64,000 nucleotides of DNA from a virus (lineage: Duplodnaviria > Caudoviricetes). The DNA is taken from IMG/VR virus record IMGVR_UViG_3300049856_000084, positions 915-64,914 of that record; one strand, written 5' to 3'. Below the pieces are notes generated by a model that had not been told where the DNA came from, made no database searches, and worked only from the letters and a program-made list of their open reading frames with translations. The translations under genes were made by a program, and so were the position numbers. Positions 26,155-36,407 of this stretch are shown piece after piece (the stretch's first letter is position 1; the number at the start of each line of letters is the position of its first letter).

Positions 26155-29100
26155 TCATTGCTTGGTATCCTCCGTCCATTGCTCATATTCGATTCTGGCG
26201 GCTGGTTCTATGGCATCGAGCGCAAACTTTACGGACCACATGATGTGCTCCCAGTGCGAAATTTCGTTATTGATGGTGGCGTGTTCACCCCCGCATTTTG
26301 GGCAACTATCAACGCATCCTTCGCCGTGATTCTTTAATGCTCTGCGTTTGATAATAAGCCCGTCGTGCTGGGACTCAGCCCAGTGGTGCGCGGATTGCAA
26401 GGCCATGCGCCGTGTAAAGTTTGGGTACTTCTGTTGATCGGTCATATTCGCTTACCATCCACTTCGTCCAGCGTGGCGAGAAACCGGGTTGGCCTGTAGC
26501 CTTCGGTGATGTTGGTTCGCTGATCCCAAGCGTTGAGAGCATTTGCAATCTTGGTAGCGCAATCGCCATCTACCGTTAGATGGTCGATCCAATCAATTTG
26601 CTGTACTTTGTCCCATATTCGGTATGTCGTCATTCGGTCATTCTCCTTTGAATCGCGGATTCACGGATAGCGTGAATTTGCATTTACGGGGGAGGCCGGA
26701 ACCTCCCCGAATTTCTCTCTAAACTTTTAGTTTGCCCAATCCGCGCGTTTTCGGAACTTGAAGCGTCATGATCGGTTCAACTTCGAACACTGGCTTCTCT
26801 GGGCGAAACATCAGCGCGGCGACGTGGTTGGCGGATAGGTTGCAAGTGATTGCCGTTGGGTTGCCATGCAAATAAATTGCGCACATCTCCTTGTCAAACG
26901 GCACAACTGCGACAATTGCGGTAGTTTCGAGCCACTTGTATTCTGGGCTGTTTTTCTTTGGTGGACTATCGGTAAAGATTGGTCCTGTTTCGGTTCTAAT
27001 TGGTATCAGCATGCGGTCTCCTTTGTCTCGGTCAGTTCTAATTGCCTTGGGTCCGGATCAATCCCGAAATCAAAGCGGTCTACCCACAGCGGCTTGTTGA
27101 GGCGGCTGCATTCCTTGATCGCTTGGTACTCTTCAAGGTTTCGGTGGTGTGCCTCGCCCGTAGGCTTGCCATCCTCCAGAATGCGATAGCGGGGGCGGGC
27201 GAGGTAAGTTTCTTCAGCCGTCATTGTCCACCTCACTTGGGTCGATGCCCACAAGCTCCAGCGCTCGGGCGGCGGCGATACGTTCGTCTTCGGCTTTCCG
27301 CTTATCAGCAAGCCATTGGAATGCCTTAAACCATGCAGCATCGCTCGAATCGTCTTCTGGGTATTCCATCGGATCTGGTTGTTCGATCTGCCTATTTTCC
27401 ATTGTCTTGCTCCAGTAATCCTTCGATCTGAAATTCTGTGTAAAGTTTCTTTGTGCGGCGGTTGGTCAGGTAGTAGTGTACATTCCCAGCAGCTTCTACC
27501 CTCTCGATAATGTACTTACGGTTCTTGTTGAGGCGGTCCAGTCCATCGATAAAAGCAGGCCAAACGCTATCTTTTTCCCCATACATTTCAAGACTCATCC
27601 CCCCGTTATTCGGGCGATGTTTAGTTATGGTGACCATCTTCCACCTCGTCGAGTTTGGCGATCAGCGCATCTGCATGGGCCAACGCGTAGTCGGTTATGT
27701 ACGTTCCGTTGTCAGGGTCAGGCTCTAGGCCATTATTTGAGAGAAGCCCTTGCATTGCAGCCTTGGCGAATTCGTCGCGCCGTGATAGCGGCTTTATCGG
27801 CACATAGGCCCACATTGGGGCTTTAGGTGGCAGGTTGCTGGTAAAGCTCATAATCCCCCCATGATCTTCGGAATCACTACATGCACCCACAATGCGAACA
27901 AAAGAGCTATCCCTACCACGGCGGCGAGCGCGGTCCAGTACGGATTCACACCCGTCGGCTTATCCGAGAGTTGCTCCACTGGCCGGTAATCCACTGGACG
28001 GTTCTTGTTTGCGTATTCAAACCCAAAGTGAGAAGCACGGTTTGCGATTTCAAGAATTTCCGCTGAGAGCTTAATGTCGTGGCAATATGTACAACTGATG
28101 TACTGCTTCAATTCGGCCATAGTGGACAGCTTGTCAAATGGTGGCTTCACGGTTGCACCTGCGGGCCTTCGCATCGCGGACCAGTCAAAAAGCCCTTTGC
28201 CCCTATCGGCGTAGGTGCATTTGCTTCCGTGATCTCCACGGCGCGGTCTATGATTGCTTCGAGTGCTACCTGATACCATATCGCCGCTGGCCTTTGTGCA
28301 ACACAGGCCTTCAGTTCGTCGATGGTTTCACACTGTTCGATGGTCTTAAAAAACGGGTCAACTGACATTTGCTTTCTCCTTTTTCCTTTGCTTCCACTTC
28401 TTAAATTTGCACGCGGCACACCCGGGCAACTCGCAGCCCTCGGGCTTATCCAGCGTTGCGCATTTCATCCGGCGCCCAGGCTTGAGGCGCTCCAGCCCTT
28501 CGGCTTTACGGGCTTCGTGGCGCTGGTTGGCTGCTGCCTGCTTGCACAGCTTGCAATTACCGCACCTGCCGCATTTAGCCGGGCGCGGGTAGAGCTTGGC
28601 ATTGATCTTGCCCACGTGCCTACTCATCCACAGGCGGATTGTGGCAAGCTCCGGGTGATCGGCGGAGTTGATGAGTGATTCCACCAGCGCGGGGACGTTG
28701 GTATCGAGGATCGAGACTTTAGACATTATCGGCCACCGTAAAAAGGTAAGTTTCAACTACGTGTAAATCGGTGTTCAGGTGCGTGTTGTCCGGCGCGTGC
28801 TGCATTTTGACTTGATGTGCCGCGTCTCCAGCAGTTGGTCCACAAGCCCAACGTTCTGGCGATCCATCGACCCACGCTGACCAGTCATTGGCTCGCTTTG
28901 CTGCTATTATTCGCATTCTGCCACCTCGTAGCCAGCGGCTCGCACGGCGGCGGCGCATTCTTCGCGGGTGTTGAAATATTGCGGTTTCATCGCGTATGTT
29001 TTCCCGTTTCGGTAAAATTTGGTATAGCATTTTTTGGTTCTGCGGGATGCATACCATCCCCGAACTGCGTAAAAGTGCAGTGTCAGTTTCATTTGTCTAT

Positions 29101-30148
29101 CCTTTGCGCATTCACTCGCACGCCATCAATGCGGTACGGGGCTTGGTGCATGATGCACTTTCCCGCGCGTTCCGTGGCATCTAGCCGACGTGCCACGCCT
29201 AAGCAGGCTTGCTCTGCCGCTGATGGCATTGCGTTGCACGCTGCCCACTGTAGCGGGTCGAGCGTGGCAATCCCGCAATGGCGCTGTCCGTCGAAGATTG
29301 CCTCCAGGTGGTAGCGGACCATTACGGGTTCAGGCATTGGGCACCGCCTCTAAGCCTGTGCCGCGTCGTAGCCAGACGGCAGCTACATCGTGATCGGCTA
29401 ATTCACTCTCCCAATTCTCTGGGCCTTCGCCTGCGATGCATCGGCAGACCATGCAAAAACTGGTAGGGTCTTTCATGCATTCCCGCGCCGATGGCAGGTT
29501 CGTGCAATAAACTAAATGGCTGTGTTCGTTGCACAGCACCTGATAGCGGCCCCCTTCCTCGACGTAGTTTTCGACCAGCGGTATCCCCTCGGCGTCGGCG
29601 CGTTTGCAATCGCAAATCACGGTATGCCCGCCTGAGTACTTATTGCGCAACTCGCAGACATACCCGGCAAAATCGCTGTGAGGTTTTCGAGCACTAGGCA
29701 TTGGCCACCGCCTGCAACATCTGGCGCTCGATGATTTGTGCTATTACGTCACGCTTAGCTGCTCCGTTTACCGATGTGATAGTGTTCATCCACCACAGAT
29801 CCATAACCTCAGTGGCCGCGTTTTCGGCCAGCACTTTAACAAGTGCGAGCTGATTGTCCCTCGCCACGTCACGCTTTTGTTTCGTTGTCATTTTCGTTAT
29901 TCTCCTTGTTCAATCCACGCATCCCGCGCCCCTGCATTTTGGCGCGGATGTGGTGACTATCGTTCCAACGGGTCGATATCTTCAGCGTCGCGTGCTTCCC
30001 GCTCTAGGCGTTCGGCGCGGTCGATGGCGGAATCCGCCAATTCCATCGTGTCATACCAGCCAATCACTACGCCCTGGTAGGTGGCCTTAAATCTTGTGCC
30101 TGTCATTTCCATTTTCTTTCTCCCTTGATTTAGTGCGGTTTCCCGCAA
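26155..30148 (-). other. Leftward cluster of about 16 short hypothetical ORFs (e.g. 26155-26445, 26442-26633, 26719-27012, 27006-27224, 27214-27402, 27392-27637, 27621-27851, 28358-28726, 28907-29092, 29089-29337, 29330-29701, 29694-29891)
   Basis: Head-to-tail packing with overlapping stop/start codons and GGAG RBSs; 27621-27851 has the common phage RDEFAKAAMQG motif. Confidence 0.6.
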
Positions 30149-30169
30149 GCCCGGAGGCGTTTCGACCTG

Positions 30170-30373
30170 TTACGGTTGGTACGGCTTGAATCCCTTGAGT
30201 TTTACAATGGCTTCAATGCTGGTGTAACCGCCGTCGCCATCGCGTGGTGGCTTATCGTTGCGGACAATGTTGTAAATTGTGCCGCTTGACTTTGCAAATT
30301 CCCATACGCTGTGATCGCTGTACGGTTGGTATTCCAACTTCTTCCATTCGGTGGTCTGTGTTGTCTGTGTCAT
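30170..30373 (-). CDS. Early hypothetical protein (MTQT start)
   Basis: AGGAG RBS directly after the promoter at 30389-30422. Confidence 0.6.
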   Translation of the reverse strand: MTQTTQTTEWKKLEYQPYSDHSVWEFAKSSGTIYNIVRNDKPPRDGDGGYTSIEAIVKLKGFKPYQP

Positions 30374-30388
30374 GTTTGCTCCTGTATC

Positions 30389-30422
30389 CAATATACTTTG
30401 TATTCGGTATATTGTCAATAGC
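30389..30422 (-). promoter_or_regulatory. Sigma70-type promoter overlapped by palindrome CAATATAC-N10-GTATATTG
   Basis: TTGACA-17-TATATT on the minus strand; same architecture at 31921-31954. Confidence 0.8.
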
Positions 30423-30432
30423 TAAGTTAGAT

Positions 30433-30696
30433 TTATTTTACGTGACTCCATCCAAACTCAACTAACCGCGGTAGCGGGATGCGGTCGAACTTCGCTTGTG
30501 CCGCTTCAGTGCGCATTGCGCCTCGGATGGTGCGCAGCATATGGGCCGTAGTAGCGTCTAGGATCACCCACCCGCGTTTGTTGCCAGTAAACAAGGGCTT
30601 TGTGTCGTATTGCTTGATTGAATCGCTTGTAGGGCGAGTCCGGAGCATAATTGCTTCGTTTGCTGGCGTGGTTTCGAGAACTTGTGAAATTGTCAT
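30433..30696 (-). CDS. Conserved phage hypothetical protein
   Basis: AGGAG RBS; LDATTA.......QAKF....L..L..F.W motif. Confidence 0.6.
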   Translation of the reverse strand: MTISQVLETTPANEAIMLRTRPTSDSIKQYDTKPLFTGNKRGWVILDATTAHMLRTIRGAMRTEAAQAKFDRIPLPRLVEFGWSHVK

Positions 30697-30700
30697 TGGG

Positions 30701-30931
30701 TTAGCTCCTGATCCCGTAGTGGCGAATCCCAAACGGTCCGATAACGTAGAACTTCGCAAATCCAAAATGCAGGGAAAAGGACCACAAACCATGGGCTCTT
30801 TCTCCGCCGATATGCCACCGGCTTTCCCCGTCGCGTAACAATGCCAATTGCACCCAACCAGTCATCCAAGCTGGTGACGCCAGTGAGCGGTAGCGGTAAG
30901 TTTCTTTGCAATATTCGATAAAGCTGTCCAT
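30701..30931 (-). CDS. Hypothetical protein
   Basis: AAGGA RBS. Confidence 0.5.
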   Translation of the reverse strand: MDSFIEYCKETYRYRSLASPAWMTGWVQLALLRDGESRWHIGGERAHGLWSFSLHFGFAKFYVIGPFGIRHYGIRS

Positions 30932-30995
30932 GATGTTGATCCTTTGTTGGAGTTAAGCGCTCCACCCGGCCCACCGTGTGGGCTAGGTGCGGTGC

Positions 30996-31523
30996 TCAAG
31001 CTACCAGCGCCGTTTGCCTGTGCTTTTTTTCGGTAACGAAATCATCAGCCTTTGGCAATGTGATGCCAACGCCAGGGTGAATGTGGATTTGGCTATCTGC
31101 GCATAGTGAGAAATCCTTGCATTTGCCAAATTGAGCAAGCCCACTATAAACGCCAATTTCCAACTCGATATCGATGTAGTGACCGGATGTTTCGCCGCCA
31201 TTTGACCGGCTGGTGTATTTCCCGCCTTGCTCCAATTTGACGACTTTCACGTATTTCATGGAGCAGCCGATCATTTTGATGTAATCGCCAACCTTCACAT
31301 CTGCAACCGTTTTCAGCGTGATAGCGTCACAAGCTGCGCGCCAAGTATTGTAGTTTTTCTGGCCGTGCTTTGTGAGTATGAAGAGCGCCCCAGAGCATTT
31401 GAAGCACTTGCCTGCGTAGACATTGAAGCAGCTAAATGCATTCGCATGGCCATAGCAACGTGTACATGGCATAGACTCGAAAATCTCATGTATTTTACGG
31501 GGGGTTACTGGTGTGGTGTTCAT
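30996..31523 (-). CDS. Zn-finger hypothetical phage protein
   Basis: CTRCYG...CFKCSG...LTK.G; AAGGGG RBS. Confidence 0.65.
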   Translation of the reverse strand: MNTTPVTPRKIHEIFESMPCTRCYGHANAFSCFNVYAGKCFKCSGALFILTKHGQKNYNTWRAACDAITLKTVADVKVGDYIKMIGCSMKYVKVVKLEQGGKYTSRSNGGETSGHYIDIELEIGVYSGLAQFGKCKDFSLCADSQIHIHPGVGITLPKADDFVTEKKHRQTALVA

Positions 31524-31525
31524 GG

Positions 31526-31726
31526 CTATAATCCCCTTACCATTTCGCCGTTGACGCAGGCAGCATATTCACTGCCGTCACGGGAGTCGATCACTCTAAT
31601 TTCATCGGGTGCGCAATTGTCCGATAGTGCTTGGGCGGAATCCAGCCCATAGATTCCTAAGTCATACGATTCAAGAATTGTTCCCAATTCGTTGATAACG
31701 TGATAGCGTTTCTTTGTGGTGTTCAT
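31526..31726 (-). CDS. Early hypothetical protein
   Basis: AGGAG RBS. Confidence 0.55.
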   Translation of the reverse strand: MNTTKKRYHVINELGTILESYDLGIYGLDSAQALSDNCAPDEIRVIDSRDGSEYAACVNGEMVRGL

Positions 31727-31734
31727 GGTGGCTC

Positions 31735-31890
31735 CTAATTCTCCATTACCTTGAAAAGCTTCTGGACCAGCGCCACATACTCAGGCTCGTTGCCGATGTA
31801 CCCGGCTGCGTCTAATGCTTCCATTTCAGCGTTGATGGCATCGTAAAAATCGCCGTTTGCAATGTCGTTGTTAATCGTAGTCTGTGTCAT
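31735..31890 (-). CDS. 51-aa acidic early protein (not in ORF track)
   Basis: AAGGA RBS; MTQTTINNDIANGDFYDAINAEMEALDAAGYIGNEPEYVALVQKLFKVMEN. Confidence 0.65.
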   Translation of the reverse strand: MTQTTINNDIANGDFYDAINAEMEALDAAGYIGNEPEYVALVQKLFKVMEN

Positions 31891-31920
31891 GTTGTGTTCC
31901 TTTTCTCTACCTTACATAAT

Positions 31921-31954
31921 CAATATACTCTACACTAAGTATATTGTCAATAGC
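31921..31954 (-). promoter_or_regulatory. Sigma70-type promoter overlapped by palindrome CAATATAC-N10-GTATATTG
   Basis: TTGACA-17-TATATT on the minus strand; second copy of 30389-30422. Confidence 0.8.
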
Positions 31955-32696
31955 CTTGTGCATCTTTTTTTACTAATCTGCGTTACCACAACTTAAACCA
32001 TATCTCAAGCATTATTAACAGCTTAGAACGCCTTAACTGTAGTTAACTCCACACCTTAACCACAGCTAACAATTCAGCCTTAACCACTGCACTATCGTCT
32101 CGCGTGTAAGATTTACCGATTCGTGCTACGAAATGACGATTTTATGGCCGATCGTGCTACGATTCGCAGCCGCTACTCGTTTTATGGCGTTCGCCCCACA
32201 TTTTGCAACGCTCGCCCTACAATCGCCCAATGTATGCCGCATCCCGCACGCCAGGCGTGTAGCATTGCATTTGGTAGCTATTGCCGCTACCCGGTTGAGT
32301 TGTAAAGGTTTGAGTAGAATACGAACGAAGGCGGGAACAGCTTGTACGGGTTCTGAGTAGGGGTTTTGATGGGCGACTGTATAAAATCCCCCCTACCCCC
32401 CTTATTGTGGTTTTTGCAACTCAACGCCCATGGTTTTCGGCGCGTTACGTCTTGCGCCTGCCCTTGCCCGCTCACACTGGTTAGGTGGGGTTCAGATCCC
32501 CGGTACGTCGCCGTTCTGTGCCGTGTACCCGATTACGGTAGGTTCCGCTTATCGTTCACGCCCAACGGTGCCTACATTTTGCGCCTATTTTCTACCGAAT
32601 TGCAAGAACTATCGGTTCTGCTTATTTTGAGAGCATTGCTATATAAGCTGTGCTTATACTTCTTGACGTACTACATGAAACGATTACACTGGAACT

Positions 32697-33101
32697 ATGG
32701 CAAAACAAAGGCGTTATCAACACACAGCAGAAGGCAAGGTCATGCTCCAATTAGCCAAAAGGCGTCTCCGGCGCATTTTGCGGGAGATCATGGACCACAA
32801 CGCGGAACTTGATCGATTTAGAGAACTTGGGTATGAGGTTGACTGTCCTATTGTCGGTGGCGGGCCTGTCTATCTGCAAAAATGGCCGGTTCCGTTACTC
32901 ACATTGTCAGCTAACCAAGTGGTGGACGTTTGGGACGATACGCTATTCGATGACTTTCTAGAGCAAGGCCCAGACCTCGACCCTAAGTCAATCAAGCGTA
33001 GGGCAAGGGAAGACGCAGACAGAGCTATCTTTGACCGGGCTATCTTGGCCTCTGAGCCACCCAAGAGTTTGGCGAGCATCGAACTGGCGGAATCCGCTTG
33101 A
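32697..33101 (+). CDS. Hypothetical protein (leaderless; ends LASIELAESA)
   Basis: TTGACG-16-TACACT-N6-ATG. Confidence 0.65.
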   Translation: MAKQRRYQHTAEGKVMLQLAKRRLRRILREIMDHNAELDRFRELGYEVDCPIVGGGPVYLQKWPVPLLTLSANQVVDVWDDTLFDDFLEQGPDLDPKSIKRRAREDADRAIFDRAILASEPPKSLASIELAESA

Positions 33102-33122
33102 CGCTGGGTGTATAATCGGGCT

Positions 33123-33584
33123 ATGAGCATAGACGAACGGCGCAAAAGCGATTACAAAGCGTTGCGGGATTCCTTATTCGTGGCTGACTGGTATTTTAAT
33201 CGGTCCCAGTTGATCGCAGACCACTTCGCCAGCATTGACCGCATGGAAGCCAAGGAAAATGAGTGGATAAAGGCATTGCAAGCGCAGGGCATTAAAGCCG
33301 CACATCCCGACGATGGGTGGGTTAATCGAGCCGAAAACTACATTACATTGTGCTACCCGTCGTTCGATGATGGCCTGGAAGTTGGGTCTAAGCTGGTTCT
33401 CGGTAGCTCGCTACGGGATAAATACCGGGTAGTTGAGATCACTAGAGCAGATCATATTTGGGTGGGACTAACTCACTGGTATTTTAAGCCAGTCCAAGAA
33501 CCAAAACGCCCCAGCCGGTTTAGCGTGGCTCTCGATTGGATTAGGCGACGGTTGGCGAGCATCGAACTGGCGGAAAGCGCTTGA
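33123..33584 (+). CDS. Hypothetical protein (leaderless; ends LASIELAESA)
   Basis: TATAAT-N6-ATG; GIKAAHPDDGWVNR motif. Confidence 0.65.
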   Translation: MSIDERRKSDYKALRDSLFVADWYFNRSQLIADHFASIDRMEAKENEWIKALQAQGIKAAHPDDGWVNRAENYITLCYPSFDDGLEVGSKLVLGSSLRDKYRVVEITRADHIWVGLTHWYFKPVQEPKRPSRFSVALDWIRRRLASIELAESA

Positions 33585-33614
33585 TGTTTATCGAGATGCG
33601 TCTATAATCGAGTT

Positions 33615-33869
33615 ATGAGCATCAACTTTGACCCCAAGCAGCATGATTACACCAGGCACCAAACATACAGCGGTCAAGGCTGTGCGATGTGCGGGCGCGA
33701 GATTGCCGATCATTGGCAGGGCCAGCCGGTTGACGCAATTTCTCGATACGCGCCTGGCAAGTTGCTGCGGATTCACCCTGATGCCTACCGACTTTTGGAT
33801 GATAGACCTGGCGGTCGAAACCAGTCAGGGGACTCAGGTAGCGAGTTTCTCAAAGCTATTGGGCTGTGA
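33615..33869 (+). CDS. Hypothetical protein (leaderless)
   Basis: TTGATG-16-TATAAT-N6-ATG. Confidence 0.55.
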   Translation: MSINFDPKQHDYTRHQTYSGQGCAMCGREIADHWQGQPVDAISRYAPGKLLRIHPDAYRLLDDRPGGRNQSGDSGSEFLKAIGL

Positions 33870-34014
33870 TACAGTAGAGCTACACGGATACCCTTCATTA
33901 ACCCGTTGAGTGTTCACCGATCTGGTTCGTCGGTCCCTTTCAAAAGCTAACGAACCAGACCTTCTTGCTCGTACCTACTACGGACCGGCGCGGGATTCGG
34001 GATATAATCCAAAT

Positions 34015-34206
34015 ATGAACTTGATCTGGATCTGCGAGAACCCGGAATGCAGGGCAGAATACCAGGAGTATTGCAACGGTTGCCCCAAGTGTAGCTCACG
34101 GCCATTCCCGCTGATATTCTCGGTTCGGTGCGCTGGAAGGCCTGAAACAGATGAAACGCGCACCATGATCGAAGCGTTTGAATCCGAACACAACCAAAGC
34201 GCTTGA
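34015..34206 (+). CDS. Zn-ribbon protein (leaderless)
   Basis: TATAAT-N6-ATG; CENPEC...CPKC. Confidence 0.55.
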   Translation: MNLIWICENPECRAEYQEYCNGCPKCSSRPFPLIFSVRCAGRPETDETRTMIEAFESEHNQSA

Positions 34207-34235
34207 CCGGCGCGGGATTCGGGATATACTGAGGC

Positions 34236-34451
34236 ATGGACATCGACCGGCGTATTCTCATAGGCGGAAACCACCTAGCCAACGCCTTAATTGGAACTGA
34301 GATTCCTAACAACTTCGCCAACTACCAAGAAGCACTGGCAGCGCACGGTCAGCCCTATGCCGATATGTGGGTCTGTTGGCGTGCGATCATGGATGTTAGA
34401 GACGATAACTCCCTGTATCGGCAACGATCCAAGCTGCCAGTGTCAAGATAA
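34236..34451 (+). CDS. Hypothetical protein (leaderless)
   Basis: TTGACC-16-TATACT-GAGGC-ATG. Confidence 0.6.
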   Translation: MDIDRRILIGGNHLANALIGTEIPNNFANYQEALAAHGQPYADMWVCWRAIMDVRDDNSLYRQRSKLPVSR

Positions 34452-34515
34452 GCCCTAAATCTGAGTGGCCTGCTTTCAGCGGTTGAACTTCGCGGGATTC
34501 GGTTTATACTGAGGC

Positions 34516-34698
34516 ATGGAACAAACTATGGACCTACAAAAAGAAAACGAGCAACTGAAAGCGCAAGTCGCCGCTATGGGACTAGAAATCAGGGAATTGC
34601 AAGATGAGCGACTCAATGACTTGAAGCATATGCCGTGGCAGATATTCGACCCCGTAGAACGCGCAATCCTCACCCGGTTAGGGGCTGGCCTAAAGTGA
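34516..34698 (+). CDS. Coiled-coil hypothetical protein (leaderless)
   Basis: TTGAAC-16-TATACT-GAGGC-ATG. Confidence 0.6.
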   Translation: MEQTMDLQKENEQLKAQVAAMGLEIRELQDERLNDLKHMPWQIFDPVERAILTRLGAGLK

Positions 34699-34937
34699 GT
34701 AACCTTTTAAGCACATCACAGGTAGCAGCGGAGCTTTCGCGTCATCGCTCCACAATCTATCGATTGCTGCGTATTGGCAAACTGCGCGGGACGCTAACCG
34801 GAAAAGGTTGGCGCATAGTCTCGCCGCAATACGAAATATCGCTAATGATGAACGTATTGAAAGCAGACATCGACCGGAAAGTTAAGGACTGGGCCAGGGA
34901 GCATGGTAATCTTGCACGCGGCGCGGATTCGGTGTAA
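34695..34937 (+). CDS. Excisionase-like HTH DNA-binding protein
   Basis: LLSTSQVAAEL....STIYRLLRIGKL.G...GKGWRI; GTGA overlap. Confidence 0.7.
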   Translation: MSNLLSTSQVAAELSRHRSTIYRLLRIGKLRGTLTGKGWRIVSPQYEISLMMNVLKADIDRKVKDWAREHGNLARGADSV

Positions 34938-35044
34938 GATGGGTGCTGGTGGTCCGCTTGCGAGTATGAGGGGTCTGTTTGTTAGGCCCCTTACACTATC
35001 AGCCCCAACACTTGCACTTCCCGGCGATTCGGTTATAATCAGGC

Positions 35045-35404
35045 ATGGCAACACAAACCAGAACAAACGGCGCATTGGTTGGCGCATCCACCATCAAAGG
35101 GCTGGAAACGTATCTCGGGAAAGTGCAGAATGTTAACACATCCAATGAGCCGGAAGTGCGAGAGATCCCGCACGAGTTAAACCGGCTGGCTGTTCGCCTT
35201 GAGGATATGGAGTGCCGATGGCGTTGGGTGTGCGAGAGACTGAATCCGGCGCTAACATCTGATATTCCTGCCGTAAGCACTGATGATGGCGATACCAGAG
35301 AAGCCTGTCATACTGAGCTAGCAGCCACGATCCAACACGCAAACAGGCGCATTGAGTCACTTGTTGAAGGTATGGACAACGTGTTAAACAGGCTGCAACT
35401 GTAA
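35045..35404 (+). CDS. Helical hypothetical protein (leaderless)
   Basis: TTGCAC-16-TATAAT-CAGGC-ATG. Confidence 0.6.
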   Translation: MATQTRTNGALVGASTIKGLETYLGKVQNVNTSNEPEVREIPHELNRLAVRLEDMECRWRWVCERLNPALTSDIPAVSTDDGDTREACHTELAATIQHANRRIESLVEGMDNVLNRLQL

Positions 35405-36023
35405 TGTGTTCAAGCTACCCAGTACATGTTTCGAACATCGAGACCCGCGACAATCCCAAAACGCTGGCACTGGAAACCAAGATAGGCATTAGCTTTCACC
35501 CCGACGCCTTCACCCTGGTCAGTCCACCGGCCACGGATGCGGAGATTGAGGCAATCAAAGAAGCACTCCAAGATGTTCAAGCCCCACCAGTTAGCCCTAA
35601 TCCGCCAATTCCGCAAAGGTAAGAGCATGGACCCAATCACAGCTATTTTCGCGTTCTTGGCTACTCCGGCGGGTCAGGACGTGGTGCAGGATATTCGCAA
35701 GGTTAACGCGGAGTTTGCCGGCTTGATTGCCAAGCTTATTCAGCGCATCCACGACCGGCGAGAAGATAAGCCCTAGATTTGCCCTCTCAACCGGTACTGT
35801 ATCGCACTCTCCACCACAAACCGACTGTGCACCTGGCGTAGTTCAGATGGCGTCAAGCCCGCACGCATACCGGCTAGGCAATCGAGCACGCGGCCCACGT
35901 AGGCAAGTTTCAGCGGTGCCAATGGGCGCGGCTGGTCCTGTTCCGTGACCTTCTGCCTACCCTTGCGCTTCGGCTGGTTAGCGCGGGGGCTGGGCGGTAG
36001 TAGCTTGGCTCTGATTCGCTTGT

Positions 36024-36401
36024 TCATGGGTTTGTGGTGCAAGCTGCTGACCTGATTTGATTAGGACGTCCAGTAGACTCAATCAGGCATTGCAATTGCT
36101 TCTCAAGTTCCTTAGAGTACTTGTCAACCCTTGCGAAGTTCGCCCTTAGTTCTTTGACAACATCCCAGCAAGCTGCGCTTTCACTATACCTAGTATCGGC
36201 AAGAGAGCGGGTTACTTCAATCTCTGTATCACGGTGGTAGATTTCGGCTTCTAATACATGGATGCGGCCCCACAATGCCTTTGTGTCCTTGGTCCATTCC
36301 TTGATGCATTCAGATCGCGTGTTGGTGTGCCCGACAAACCAGCCACAGGCGTATAACGCAATGGCACAACCGATATGTATGAGTAGGTGATTAATCTTCA
36401 T
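36024..36401 (-). CDS. TM plus coiled-coil protein (spanin-like architecture, unconfirmed)
   Basis: N-terminal TM followed by heptads. Confidence 0.45.
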   Translation of the reverse strand: MKINHLLIHIGCAIALYACGWFVGHTNTRSECIKEWTKDTKALWGRIHVLEAEIYHRDTEIEVTRSLADTRYSESAACWDVVKELRANFARVDKYSKELEKQLQCLIESTGRPNQIRSAACTTNP

Positions 36402-36407
36402 GCTTGT

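Noticed and set aside
34695-34937. Excisionase-like gene as proof of an integration module
   Set aside because: No integrase or att site is recognisable in the window, and this HTH family includes many plain regulators
33983-35040. Repeats as a CRISPR array or integron attC sites
   Set aside because: Irregular 100-430 bp spacing, they are promoters by sequence, there is no attC-like long hairpin and no cas or integrase gene in the window
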